Below, one piece after another: positions 39,731 through 53,874 of a stretch of DNA of 64,000 bases; the stretch's first letter is position 1; every line of letters starts with the position of its first letter. Position numbers and translations under genes: made by a program. Origin of the DNA: Lingula anatina (lineage: Eukaryota > Animalia > Brachiopoda); NCBI GenBank assembly GCA_051362555.1, contig JBPQGU010000016.1:6262001-6326000 (forward strand). The letters run 5' to 3'. The notes beneath the pieces are model-generated. The model had not been told where the DNA came from. It saw nothing but the letters and a program-made list of their open reading frames with translations, and searched no databases.

Positions 39731-42269
39731 TGGAGTCTCCAATACAAAGTAAAACGTGTTCCTCAGCAAGGTGGGACTACAGAGCTATACCGGTGCAGAA
39801 CAGACTTGCAATTTTTGGGGATTTCAAACTCTTTCCTTTGCTCTCAATCTTCTAAACATCTAAAATGGACAGTCTCCAAGCACGAGTGTAGCTTGGATTT
39901 ATTCTAATAATAAAAAAATCTGCCTGCTGGTATAGAAATGTAAGACCAAGACTTTTAAACTTAAACACGGAGCACCCAAAACTGTAAAAAAATATCTGTT
40001 TATTGCACGTCTATACACTGTATTTACTCATTGCTGACGTCCGGAGGTAAACATATATGTACACTGCTTCATTTATAAATAACGCCAATGACTATATTTC
40101 TGAATTTAAAGTAAAACAAGAACAGTCAAAAAATGGAGTAAACATTTGAGTTTTTCTATAAACATCGCAAAATGTACCCAATGTCCAGCAAATGTCAAAA
40201 TTGTATAAGGCTTTACTTTTTAATTTCCTGTTTACATTTGAATATAAATAAGCTTTAATTATTTTCGTGTAAAGCTCTATTTTGGAAGAAAGGAAGGAAA
40301 AGTCTTCAAACTGTCTTAATTGATGTAAAAGTCTAAGTCACCGCTGTAATCATATCCAATTCGTAAATATCCCTCTCATGTGGAAAGTGGGTGTGACGCT
40401 TATTTCCCTTTATAGCCAAAATCGAATTCTCCAAGTGGAGAGACCCATCGTGGCATGTCGAATTCCACGAGAATTTCAGGGGTGAGATTCTTTGCGATCG
40501 TGTACGCCACTAACTCAACCAACTCCACACAGCCTCACCACAGCAGTGTGCGGAACTCATGGCACACTAACGAAGGGAATCGATGTAATTTAAAATCTGG
40601 TAGAACTAAATTATATAAAACATATTTTTTGGAAACAAGCAAACAAATAAACAAAAATTAATAAACAAAAATATGAATAAATATAAAAATAATACATGTA
40701 AATATACAAATAGAAAGAATGAAAGAAAGATAAGAAAATAAAAAATGAAAAGTAAAATACTGCAAACGGGCTGAAAATTAGTTCCTACCTGCAATTTCAC
40801 AAAAGTCAATTATTATAAACAGAATGTGACTAAAATATGATGATCACATTAAGTCTTTAGTTTCTCATATATTGTATACCTTTGATCACTCAACTAGCTG
40901 ATGCCGGAATAGTTCTTTCACCTCCTCTCGCCTATATTTTACTTATTTAAATAATCCCGGGGACAGTCCGCTCTCTACGGCGTATTCAATGTTCGACAGC
41001 TATACTTGATCACCGGTATGATGATTGACGTTTGTTTACATAGCTGCCAATCAAGCCATCCACTTTTAATAGCTTTGATTGGCACCTCTCAATCACAGGA
41101 AGTAAAAGCTCCTTTGCATGATGATTGTGATTGACGTTTGTTTAACTATCCGTCAATCAAACTGTCAAATTTGACAGCTTTGATTGATATCTATCAATCA
41201 CGAGATGTTAGAGTTATTTTATTCTACATAGAAAACGTTGGAGCCGTTCGCACTGGACAGATTCCCCCGGAACTGAAATTTTTAAAGGAAGGCTTATACA
41301 AAGGAAAGAAAAGGAGGCAAATGTCATATAGTATTACGTGCTCTCCTTGAGGGAACAAAAGAAATATATATGTAGTTTATACATAAGCCAATATATACAA
41401 AAAAAAAATAAAAAAATAAAAATAAAAAAAAAAAATAGAAAAGAATGAAAACAGTCACAACCATAATAGCCAACCAAATAAATGAATAAAGGAACAAGGA
41501 AATATATCGAAAGAATTATTTACACATCAAAAATGCATGAAGAAAAAATTAAAAATAATAACCGTGAGGCTTTTGTTATTCTCAAATTTACTGGGGTAAT
41601 TCATATTATGAAAAATACAGTCCATGTTCGAATTGCAGATATATTAGGTCTTTTTCCTTAAACCCCCGTTTTTTCACTTTTCTGTTATACATTATAATAT
41701 AAGATTTGTTAACGCAATAAATGGAAAACCCCGTGTCTTATCATACTGAAATTTACAGAATCACTTTTAGCATGAGTATTAGAATACAACCCAAGGACAA
41801 ATGTCAGCTTTATCGGACCATATTTGGCAAAGGTTATCCCATGCCCCCCTTTCCTTGGAATGTGTCGTCTTTCCTGACGCTCTGCTTTACGTTGTTGTTA
41901 TAGCTATAGCTTGCTTGGACCGTCTTAACACTTTCTTGCAAAAAATAATTTGTAATCTGATATACATGCATTTTCTGGCGTTAAAGAGTCTAGATATGAT
42001 TTGAGTCGCCACGAGAGAAATAGGCCTAATAAGCTTGATAAAAGTATTGAGCAAATAGGCCCATGATCATTAATATAAAGCGTCCCTCTGTGATTTATTG
42101 CTGTCTTCACTAGCACAATATGATGGAATTCATGGACACCGTCACAATCATGTTGAGAAAGACTCTGAGGTCAAATACTGTAACGTTAAAACTGTTGTAA
42201 CTCAACTTCTTCGGACCATCACATATCTGTCAACATTCACACGACCTAACTACGTCCCCACCCCGATCG

Positions 42270-42300
<31 letters not shown>

Positions 42301-43613
42301 CGCCTCGGTTAGAAATGTGTTGTAAGTAGTTTGCTATAATAAAATACGTTTACTATACAAAATAATATAGAAAAATCAAACCGGCAATTAAGAAATTTAT
42401 TTAAAATATAAAACTATAAAATATTAAAATATTTTCCAATTCAAGTCTTTCAATGTTTCAAGAATTTCATCGGCTGTTTTACAACTCGGTCATACTAGCG
42501 GCTTTTTTAAATCAATAATTAAAACAAGTCCATTTTTGCGCTCCGATATTTCAGTCTCCGTTGTGTGGCTTTCAGCGGGGATTCAGCTTTTTGCACACCT
42601 CAGGTAGAGGTGACACTCACGTCGTTAGCCCAACTTTCTGTTACTGGAACATTTTTGAAATATTGTTGAGATTTCGTTATGAAGTCCCAAATATCTCACT
42701 TCGAAAAAAGTCATTTTTTAAATTTAAAAAACAAATTATCATTCTGTCTTTCAGACCGCAATCTGTACAACTCTTTTCTTAGCCCATTTTCTATAGGGGC
42801 AGTTCTGCAAAAGCACGAAATCTCATTCATTATCACTTCTGTTTTTTTTTTTTTTTTTTCTGATGTATATTCTAGATAACCGCACAAATAGGCCCTAATA
42901 CATAACTGAAAATGTGCAATCTTTCGAGCAAGTCGGCAAACATACTTGCTGTGAAAGTTAATCGCTGATAGCTTGTGTAGTTCAAAAATAGCAAACTTTG
43001 ACTCCACGTAAATTCTGTCGGTACTTTATGTCCTATTTGTAACTTATTTTAATTTTAGCTTCTTGCGTAGCGTTGACGCTTTGCCAATTAATTTTACGGT
43101 GCTGCGTTTTTGTGACTCTTTCTCAATAGACGTCATCTTTAAAGTTCATCTTTGTGAATTACTACAGTTGAAACATACGGTAGTTATATAAGTAAAAAAA
43201 GATGAAACTGTTCAGTTTTTTTAGACAAAAGTTGTAAAAGTTTGTATAACCTGGTTTGTTAAAGTTAAAGGACACCGGTAAACACCCGAGCGCACTTAAT
43301 ACTCAATTTCCTCAACTCTCCAAAACCTTTTATACCATCATCATACCCTCCCCTCCCCCCATCATTTTTGTGCCGTTTCATTTCAACTTTCAATCCTTTT
43401 AATCTAACTTTCTCTACTGAATGGTTTCTCCATATATAATTTAAACTAAAATAGCATATTGCCATTTCCAATGACTTATAAGTCCATTTCTTTATAAACA
43501 TTTCATCCCCCTCCCCGTTATGTCTTCACTAACACAATTGGCTGATATTTGTGGAGTCCGTCACAATCATGGTTGAGACAGCATCAAAATCAACACACCG
43601 CAGCCTGTGGCTA

Positions 43614-43743
43614 CCCTCTACCAGGGCCATAGATTGATTTTTCTCTAGATAATCAAAGATGTGTGTCTGGTTAAATAGATGGCTAATCTCTGTACTGTAT
43701 TTTTCAATGTCCACAGCACAATAACTGCGGCCTTGGTAGAGGG
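43614..43743. mobile_element. Small MITE (family D); a longer copy is split at ~28848-28990 and 33110-33390
   Basis: TIR ccctctaccagggcc / ggccttggtagaggg. Confidence 0.7.
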
Positions 43744-44006
43744 ATGCCCATGACTCAGTTCCCGTATTAACTGAGATTGTTCATTTGAAATGTCTTCACG
43801 GTGACAGAGAGCATATTTTATGTTATCAAGAAAGATTCAGAGGTTAAAAACGAGCGAGAGAAGGAGGGGTAGAGAAAAATGTTTAAAACAGGTTTATCCG
43901 AGACATTAATAAAATCGAAAAACAAATTAATTCAGTTATAAGCAGGAACATCTTTACGAATGATTAAATTGCACACTTATCTTAGAACGTATGTCGGAGT
44001 TGTTAA

Positions 44007-45183
44007 AGGCTGGGTCCTAACCCAACGTGCGGCTGCTAAGTGAGGTCTACGTCCAAAAAATTGGGGGAAACGTGAGATTTCGTGCGTGAGGAGCACGTCC
44101 ATAGTGCAACTTTTGGAGGTCGCAGGCAGCACGTAGAAACCTTTCGACATGATGAACAGCCGCTGCGTGCGGTCCACGAATTCTCAAAAAATGGAAAATG
44201 TACGACATGCGAACGTGTAGCGTTCGCCTGTCATGCGCCTGTCGTACGGGACACCTGAGGAAATTATTTTTTCCACTGCGTTGGGTGGCTACGGTGCGTG
44301 TGATGCACGTGGTTAAGGCGCCCGTTGCACGTACTTCAGGGTCGGATCCAGAAATATTTTCCGACAGTCTTCCAAATTATCTTTGTTGATCTCGTCTTCC
44401 GACAGAAAAAAATTAGATATCCGTCAAAACTTAAAATTAAACTTAAAAATCAGACCGTCTTCCGGAAGACCCCGAAGACGACCTCAATCCGCAACTGTAC
44501 TTATTTCTTGCTTACTCCGTGCTCACTCCTCACTTCCACGCGCCCACCGTGTGGACCTAACGGGCTTTGTGCAAGTTGAGTGCGTAGTGATCATTTCATG
44601 CGCACGGACCGTGAGGAGGTGCATGAACGAAAAAGCATTATTTCTGCCTTTGACGTCAAGTTTTAAAAATGCCTAAAATGACAACAAAGAGCAAGAGGGG
44701 GAGAGTTGGATCGGGGACAGGTATGATTGGGTTCACCATCTTTGAACACTGCTGCGGATATAATGATCTCCTCAAACATGCATTGTTTTATACCCTCCCA
44801 AAAACTTCTCAACACGCGAGACTCGCGTGCAAAGGACGAACAACAACCGTAATAAGTCAGCAAGACTGCCCTACGTCCACAAGGGCGTTGTACTTGTGTT
44901 GCCCGTACTCCTAGTACGGATAACGTAGGTAGTACACGATGCTTGTACTTTGCATGTACGGGGCGCGCTGGACACGTGCGAAAGCCCGCCAGGCGCAGCA
45001 GGTACTTATGACGTGCGGAGGCTGTGCTTCTCACGTACTTTCCACGCTCTTTCTTCTTGCGCACTCCTTGCAATCGCCAATTACTTGATTCCTGCCCTGC
45101 GATCTAGCTACGACCCAGCCAGACGAGAAGAACCTAAAAATACGTAGGTTCTGCAAATTGTGCGTGGAGTTGGGACCCAGGCT
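44007..45183. mobile_element. Non-autonomous PIF/Harbinger-like element, CpG-rich
   Basis: taa|aggctgggtcctaac ... gttgggacccaggct|taa; numerous cgtacg/cacg subterminal motifs. Confidence 0.7.
44337..44497 (+). mobile_element. hAT5-like MITE (family E) nested in the Harbinger-like element
   Basis: CAG...CTG ends, 5-bp TSD tactt; related to 55451-55618. Confidence 0.75.
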
Positions 45184-46086
45184 TAATGTGTGTGTGTGGG
45201 GGGGCGGGGGGGGAGCGGGGGTTATCATCATTATTGTCAGAAACTAGTCTATTTCTGGGCAAAGATGCAAAAAATCACACCTACCATATTAAAAAAGATT
45301 AGGTGTAAAGGTTTACGCACTACTAAAACCTAAGTTACATTTTTCACAGACGCCGTACGATGAAATAGAAATTAATTTTCCGTATTTTTGTACCGTAAGT
45401 GTCTATGGACTAGCATGCTTACGTTCGGTACGGGCGCCGTACCATTTCTTTTCTCCCACATGACTTTGAGGTTAAGTAACGGACGCCCCACGAGTAGGGG
45501 CATATGAGCAATACATGGACACCATACGAACATCGTATGCACGACAAATATAACCCAAGATTGGATATTTGAAAGAAATTTAACTGTATTTGTCCGGGAA
45601 TTATGCGTGCAATTTCTAAATGTTTGCGTGGCAACTAAGAGAAATTTTGGTCTTATGTTATTTATTTATTTATTTTTATGTTTAAGTATGTGTGTGTGTG
45701 ATATCGGTCCTTTACACATTACAAGTTAAATTCCAGGGATAAGTATACTCTGTGTTTACTAATACGTGCCAAAACAAAGTCCGAAAATCGATGCACGCCG
45801 CGCTACTAGTACTTGGAGCTTTCTGATTTAGAAGTAATTTGTCTCCTTGTTGCTGTATCATATAGCCATTAAATATTCGAGATTTAACTGTATTGTATTC
45901 ACAGCCACGTGTATGTGAGTATTACTGATATACAGTCTTTGCCAGTAATTATTATTATTGCCCTCTACATGTACACTACGACTACTCTTACTACTACTAC
46001 TACTACTACTACATTATATAGTCCTACTACACTGTACTACAACTACTACATGTACTGGTTCTACAACTTACACTGCTCCACAGGTA

Positions 46087-47060
46087 GTGGAGAGCGGGTC
46101 TAGTTGGCCCAGTTAGACACTTATGGCCTTGTAGAGTTAGAGTAACAAGTCCGGTTTCAAAGTAAGCCCCATGAAATTAGCTATGTATGCAACGTCATTA
46201 TTTTTCAGATGTAATACCAGATGGCTCACAATTTGACAAAAAAAAAGCAACTGACGTCAGGGGGGCCAACTTGCCCCGCCACGGGGCAAGTTGGCCCATT
46301 ATACGAAAATGAAGTATGAAAATGAAGTATCCCATGTAAACGCCTTGAAATACATTTTTACACATCTTTAAGTTATTAAATTGATTTTTGAGTCTTTGAT
46401 AAACAAATAGTTCAAATGAGGCAGATTTATTGTCACTTTGTATGTGTTGCAAGAACCAAAATATCTATCAATAAAATTTGTTTTGTTTCAATTGAGAATA
46501 AATAAATAATGGTATAAAGCAGGTTTTTGAATGAAAACGAATAATAAATGTTCGTTTTAAAAGAAATTAACAAATTCAGTTTTAAACTGGCAATTATTTG
46601 TTTCAACAATGGTCTGTAGCTCTGTTGCGTGCAAAGGATTGTGGGTAATATGGGGTCCAACTTGCCCCGAGCCAAGGGGGCCAACTAGCCCCAGGTGCAC
46701 AATTTTTAGATTTGAGAATTGCAGTCGTTTGTGGTGCAAGAATGGACTACATTAATACATCTGAGTAAATTTTGAAACAGTTAGCTTTAGTCTGATGTCC
46801 TATACGTATACTTTATTCGTTCATAAGCCTATGAAAATAGATTTTTAAATCTCTGAAACAAAATTACTTTTAGGTGCAAAAATCGTTTATTTGGCCTCAC
46901 CGCCTAAGTAAAACTTTTTAACGTCCGACACTTTCTTAGCATTGTAGGCTACGGTCACTTTACTAAATGATGTTATCAATTTTTTCACCCCGTAGTTACT
47001 TTTCCATAAATTGATGGGGGAGGCAACTTACCCCTGGGTCCAACTAGCCCCAGTCTCCCC
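46087..47060. mobile_element. Non-autonomous Tc1/mariner-superfamily (pogo/Fot-like) element
   Basis: ta|gtggagagcgggtctagttggccc ... gggtccaactagccccagtctcccc|ta; internal ggggccaacttgcccc repeats. Confidence 0.7.
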
Positions 47061-47310
47061 TATGCTGAGGCGAGTTTCCAGAAATCTCTTAGACTCAACT
47101 TAAACTGCGGGACGCAGAAAGGACGCCGTCCAGTGTAAAGGGGGATTTAGGGAATCGGCATATTACATTCACAGAACGGAGTTAAAGTCTGTCTAAGGAA
47201 ATGTGCATTTACTTACATGTTAAATGTGGTGTAGGGAAGGGAATAGATATCTTCGAGTTTTATATTCAGTAAATGCGATGAAAGATATTGATTTTCCCTT
47301 CCCAAAATAA

Positions 47311-47382
47311 GGTCACACTTTTTTATGGATGACATCCTCTGGGAACCCCGAAATCGGTGCGAGAGGGCGAAAAAAAGACAGT

Positions 47383-47430
<48 letters not shown>

Positions 47431-48280
47431 TGCTTAAGTAAAGTAAAGGAATGCTGTCAGTACACAAATTTACCACAGAAACACGTATCAAACTAACAAT
47501 ATGTCTTTATCCATGCTCTCAAAATATGAAAACATTGTGAATACTTCGTAGAAAGGTAGAAAAAGTCATGAATAGATATGCTGCATATTACCAAATCTAT
47601 TTAAGGTTATTTCATGAATTTTGTTGGTATAGCAATCAATAAAACAAATATCAAACAGTGTGTCTTTATTTGTACTCTCAGAATATTAAAGCATTAAGGA
47701 CACTTCACAGAAATGTTTAAAAAATGATGCAAAGTTACGCTTAATACTACCAAATCTATTAAAGGTCATTTCGGTTGATGCCATTTTGTCTACTTCGACT
47801 CACATGGAGAAGCCAAACTGTCGGGTGGCCTGCCCGACCTTAAGCCCACCAAATACCTCGACGCCCTTGTCGGCTCCTTTTTCGCTACAAAAAAACCTGG
47901 TATGTGCTGCTTTGGACAGAATGTCACTGAAATGTTCCGGGTGATAATCGCTGGCCGCCGCCAGCCTTTTGTATAATTGTGATATGGTGATATCTCCATG
48001 CCCAATATCAATGGCATACCAATCCAAAACGACGTCCCCCGTTCTCTTTTTGACTTCAATTGTCGTGTAATTTGAAAGTATTCCGAGAGATGAATTTGAC
48101 GGCAAAGCACATATTTACACGTGGCGATAATATGCATGCACAAAAAGCTAATTTTCCGGCAAATTCAATAATGACGATTGCGACGACTGACTTCGTTGGT
48201 GGTGATTTTTTTTTCAGAGAATGGACGAAAATCGGTGCGCGCGCAGGATGTCATCCATAAAAATAAAAAAAAGTGTGGCC
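47311..48280 (-). mobile_element. TIR element with TAA TSD (PIF/Harbinger-ISL2EU-like) carrying a coding exon
   Basis: taa|ggtcacacttttttatggatgacatcct ... aggatgtcatccataaaa...aagtgtggcc|taa. Confidence 0.7.
47804..48105 (-). CDS. Putative first coding exon of an element-borne gene of unknown family
   Basis: ~100 codons of protein-like composition ending exactly at a consensus donor (AT|GTGAGT). Confidence 0.35.
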
Positions 48281-49199
48281 TAAGCAGAATAAACAAATGC
48301 TTCCAACTTTACTTGTTGCTTTATCAAACTTGAGTTTATTTACAACAAACAGGCCTATTTTCCGCACTTAAACAGTAAGGGAAGACTAAAAAACACATTT
48401 TGACAAAATCCAAACATTTAATTGTCTAATGACAAATGTAATTTTGACACAAGTCAAGGCGGTTTTAAGTTTGAGCGTAATTACCTCTGCCAAGGAGGTT
48501 ATGTTTTACTTGTGTATCACGAACATTATTAAGAAGCGCGTAATCGGATGATTATCAATTTATACAATTACAAGTTGTCTTAAAAATTTTCCCGTGAACC
48601 ACCATGACGAAGAATTGTAGTGACCAAGAAGATTGTAAACTTTGAAATCTTTTTACTTCTGAATATTTTGACTGTTATGCCTAATTTTCGCTAAAAAGTG
48701 AGAGAGAGAGAAAGAGAGAAAATATCCCAATAAAATTCACCCTTGTCGAACACATATAAATAGAAATGCAGGCAAAATTTTTATGGAAACCTTAGACACG
48801 CATTTTTATCCTACATATCATAATTATAACCTAATATCTTAGGCGTGCGATTTTCACCCAAAAATCGTGTCAGCTGCAGCACAACTCTGAAACGCGTTTA
48901 CTATGTATTCTTCACTCGTGGAATGATTGTGTTAGAGCAGAAACTTTCTTTCACACCAGATGACAACGGAAAACTTTGAAAAGATTTTTTAATCACCATG
49001 AAAATCATCAAGGCCATCAAAATCATCATCATTACAAATCTTTGATTTGAACATCACTTCCGGCCAGTCATATATTACTTCAGGGGACTTAATTTGCATA
49101 TAAGAAAAAAAATAATTTTTTTCTGATTTTGGCTTTTCTCCAATTTTTTCATTATTTTCACAATGAATATGCCAACACGATAAAAATGAACATTTCACT

Positions 49200-50607
49200 A
49201 AAATGTATAACTTCCAGAAAAAGAAGCCAATTAGACTGCTTTTCCTATCCAGGCTGCATTTTAGTCCTGTGTTTCCTTTTTGAAAGTTTGACAATCATAC
49301 GTAACATGGTTTTCCCATAATGGTCATCATGGCAGCATCACCCAAAATTGTTTTCTTCTATTCTGATGCAATATTACGTAATGCTTAACAGCATAATGAC
49401 CATCAATTTTTAATAATAAAATATACATATCATGGATTTTCAGAAAATGTGACTAACATGGGTCTTATGGCCTGTGGAGGTTTTAAGTCACACCTTGAAA
49501 ATGCCAATATGTGAAAAATTAAAAATTCACAAAGAACTGTTTAACTGCCAGAAAAATTTACCAAACAGACCGCATTGCCTACTGAAGCTGTATTTTAGTC
49601 CCATGTTTCTTTCCTGTAAGTTTGAGAAAAGTAAGTGACACATTGGTTTTCCTTAAATGGTCATCATGGGAGCAGTGCCCAAAATAGGGGTTTCTTCAAA
49701 TTTTGATGCAATGTTACATAGTGTTTAACAGCATAATGACCATCAATTTTTAATAATAAAATGTTAGTATCATGGATATACAAAAATGTGACTAGCAAAG
49801 GTCTTCAGGCCCATGGAACTTCAAAGTCACACCTTGAAAATGCCAAAATGTAAGCAAAACAGCACTGTTCTGAAATGTTTTTTTTCCATTTTTAAATTTT
49901 TTAACATTAAACAAAATTAACAGTTTACTGCCATTTTTATATGATCAACTAAGAAAATTGATGAGATTGGAAAAATATTAATACAACAGTGTTAAATGTC
50001 CAATTTCCTCCATTCTGAGATTCTGAACATAGTGAATGATTGAATCTGACAAACTGCAATGATATGAGTTTATTTCCATTTTTGAAACTTAATTACACAA
50101 TACACGATAACAAGCTCACCATCATTTTTACATAATCAACTAAAAATGTTGTAAAGATGCAGGAAATATCAAACAAACACTTTTACGTAACTTATTAGTT
50201 AAATGATGAGACTGTTAACATGCCTAAGAATTGAATCTGAAGAAATGTGAAAAAACAGCATAACTACTAAAATAGTGGCCCGATCATGCCGATTTTCGAA
50301 CTTGACCTGCGTTTTAGTAAGATTGATTACTCCTGTGAGTTTCATGACAACAGGCCTATCGGTTTTCCTTCAAATGTGTTTACAGCGTTGTAAATATTTA
50401 GAAAAGTGAAAAAACAGCATAACTTCAACAATAATGGCCCGATCGTGCTGATTTTCGAACTTGAATATTCATCAGCTCTGTAAATATAAAACTAAAAAGT
50501 AAAACTGTCTTGCACTTATCATGTTAACGCTGAAAGTGCACGGCGACGGCGACGACAGACGCAGGTGATGGCAATATGTACAGACACATCTGTTTCTGTA
50601 CATAAAA
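49200..50607 (-). mobile_element. HINE family B, copy 3 (3'-truncated)
   Basis: Reverse complement of 24336-26345 with fewer tandem units; 5' hairpin at 50576-50603. Confidence 0.85.
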
Positions 50608-50788
50608 ATAGACCTGAATTGAGAGCGTTGGCAACGGCGAAGAGCAGTTTTGCTGGTCTGCACATCCCGCACTTTACTATAATTTTGATCTGATTCGTTT
50701 CTTTTATGATGATTTAGCTAGGACAAACAGTGAACTGATGTACAACTTCAATCATTGGATTTGGCTCTCCCCCCCCCCCCCCTTCGCG

Positions 50789-50823
<35 letters not shown>

Positions 50824-51749
50824 AGTGTATGTGTAGGGGAGGGTGTATGTCGTTTTCACGTAGTCCTGTCATACACTGACAAGGTACCGACATTATTTTA
50901 AAAATTGATTGTAACTTAACGCGTAAGTCGTGGATGTGTATATTCTATATTCAATTTCAAATGCTTAAATCTTTATTTGTCTTTCAGATTCCATTTTTAA
51001 TTTCAAATTATTCTGCCTTTATTCTTTTCTTTAATTTTTGTTGTATTAATTTTAAAAAAGTATTTTTTTAAATTTTTAGGTAACAATTGCTTTGTTATAG
51101 ATAGCCTCATCCAGATTTGTTTATGACTCTCTAAATTAGTGACAATACTGCCAACAAGAACCCGTTCTCTAGTGCGATGTTGCCTAAGGACTCCTATTTA
51201 CGGTTTTGATATGCACTGTATGAACTTGGCGCTTCCGACTGCGACTTGAAGTATGATGGTGATGAAGACGTACGTGCCGAGATTTAACGTACATGTACAT
51301 TCGAAATGATATTAGATAAAAGAATCTCCAGCTTTACTTTCAGTTTATTTTCCATGAAAGTTGTTTGATGTCTTCTTGATTCATGTGGCGATATATGTTT
51401 GCAATGTCTACTTTATGTCGGAGTGGCAACAGCAGCAGCTCACTATTCACTGCCAGAGACTTCCTGCTTGGCTTGCTTGTATCTGTAATCAAAATTACTG
51501 TACAAGCTTAAAGCGCAGATAATTGATAGCTATGTACAGTAATAGTAGTTAAAAATGAAAACGATAGAAAAAAGCTGTCTTGCGCCCTTAAAGCTCGCAT
51601 CAAGAACCAGCACAGACAAACAAGTCACCATTTTAAAAGGGACACACGCGACACAAGTCAAAGAAGGATTGTCGAAAAGAAGCTCATAAAAATATTAGAC
51701 AGTTTAAAAAAGGACTTAATAGAGACAGATTAATGAATATCTCAACGAA

Positions 51750-51975
51750 TATTATTCTTGTTTTATTGTTACGCAATCTTCAAGACGTCAACGTTTATCA
51801 CTCACTTCCAACTTCGTCCCTTTTCCATGCATCATACGTCACTTATACCAGTAGTTTGCTTGTTTATTCTTGTTTTGGTACCTGAAGAAGGTTCACGAGC
51901 CAAAGGCTCGGTCTTTTTTTTATCTTTAGGAGTTGATCTTTACAGATAAGCGTTTTCAATATATATTTTTTTCGT
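51750..51975 (+). mobile_element. Penelope-like terminal-repeat relic with degenerate hammerhead core
   Basis: acCTGAAGAaggttcacgagccAAAGgctcggt at 51880-51912, followed by a T-rich tail. Confidence 0.4.
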
Positions 51976-53479
51976 AAAGATACGGAAGATGCAGTCGAAT
52001 GAAAAAATTGTAGTTTTATTTATCAGTCATGACAGTTAATTGTCATAAAAGGGGTCTGTTATCTGATTCTGGTCCAAGGATCAACAGGTTGAATTCGGCC
52101 AGTGACAACCGGAGAGAGAGAGAGAGAGATAGTACACTCTAACACAGTCACAGATGGAGTTTTCACTATATATTTACAGATATGTCTAAAATGTAAGGAT
52201 GTTTTTAATAATTTTTAAAAGAAAGACTCCTGTTTATGGTTTGAACGCAAAGGACGATCGCATTTGTTACGTTATGTAAAAGCAATATTGGCGACAGCTA
52301 TCATCTGAGTCCTCAAGGGAGTCGAAGACTCGAACTCCCAACACGGAGGTATACTTTGTGTAGATTAGTGATAATATATCATTTTGTCTCTCTCCCTCTT
52401 TCTTAGTGAGTCTTTCGATGCACACGGAAATTGTTGCATAAGTTAGCTCAGCACCTGTGATAATCATATGTAAAACACGAAATACGGACTCAATTTTAAA
52501 CCTTCGTTACTGTCGCTCGCAACACCATCTCACATTCGCCCATAAGATTATTTTCAATAAAGTAAAAAATTAAGAACTTGTTAGAAAGCAAGTATAATGT
52601 CTAACATCTCAGAAAATGTTTAGAATGTTTTAATGTTTAAATAACGCAATTAATAACTTGCAGCTATTTTCGCGGTGTCGCCCGGCTTTTAAAAGCTGAG
52701 AAATCCTACATGGCGTATTTTGCTGCAGATTATTTCAATTAAAATTTTACTTGTTTGATGCTTTTGAAATATTTAAGTCATTAATAAAAACTTCATTTTA
52801 GTTAAGACAATGACTGAAGGCCCCATTGGGTATTTTCCTTTCCCGTGAAAGCCACTTATCATTTCCCAAGATGCTCGCAACTTTCTATGTTATTAATAAG
52901 AGTCATCCGTGAAGCGCCCCATTCCCTTGAATCGAGAATTGCGCGTTTTTATCCTTCGTCCTGAGTGAAACGAAGTCATTATACTCGGTGATAGATATTT
53001 CAGCTTGCTGGACTCGCATTTTTAATGAGATATAGACAAAGTTTTAATTTAATTTATGTAATTTGTGATTTGATGATTTTTATTTTCCGCGGCCGTGAAC
53101 TGTGATCACTAGACTGTACATGTACCCCCCCTTCCCAGCGAGCCCTCATGATTAGCTAGACGATATGTTGACAGGGCACAGTCAAATGGTTTACACGAAA
53201 CACGTCAAAGCTGCATTTCTCTTGTGAAGCCATTATGAAAGCCTTCGTTACCAGGCATTGTGAAACTATACTTGGAATTGAAGAAAAAATGTAGACCTTT
53301 TGAAAAAATAAACGCGCATATCTCATATTAGCCTTCCAGAGCAGTCTATAAAAGTAAAGTACAGGTAGGCCCCTACTAGTAGCTTTGCTGGAAATATAGG
53401 CAAAAAATAACTTTAGAGTATTTTCAAGTACGTTTAGTATATTTTTTAAGGTAATTATACTCTAAATGTGAAGGTCCTT

Positions 53480-53649
53480 CAGGCCCGTAGCCAGCAATTT
53501 CAGAGGGGGGTCGTTTTCTGAAAAAGTGGACCTTTTACCACAAACAATTCTCATGTACATAGATCAAATTTTACCAAGAGTGGACCTTTTCCCAGCAAAA
53601 AGGGTGGTTCTTTCGAACCCCCCGAACCCCCCCCCTGGCTACGGGCCTG
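53480..53649. mobile_element. hAT5-like MITE (family C)
   Basis: Perfect TIR caggcccgtagccag / ctggctacgggcctg; 5-bp TSD tcctt. Confidence 0.85.
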
Positions 53650-53874
53650 TCCTTAAATGCTCCATTTGCTCATAACTTAAAATTGAGCGTTGTGCTACCA
53701 GTGCTGAGATCCAGCATTTAGTCGAAGCAAAAAGAAAATATATAATAATAACAATAGAAAAAGGCATGATTTAAAATTACCTTTAAGGTAATGATTATAT
53801 TGTCAATCAATAATAAAAAATATCATATCCAAATGAAAAAAAAATAAATAAATAAATAAATAAATAACTTGGAA

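Noticed and set aside
43977-45231. Multiple overlapping ORFs on both strands
   Set aside because: By-product of a GC-rich non-autonomous Harbinger-like element; no domain motifs
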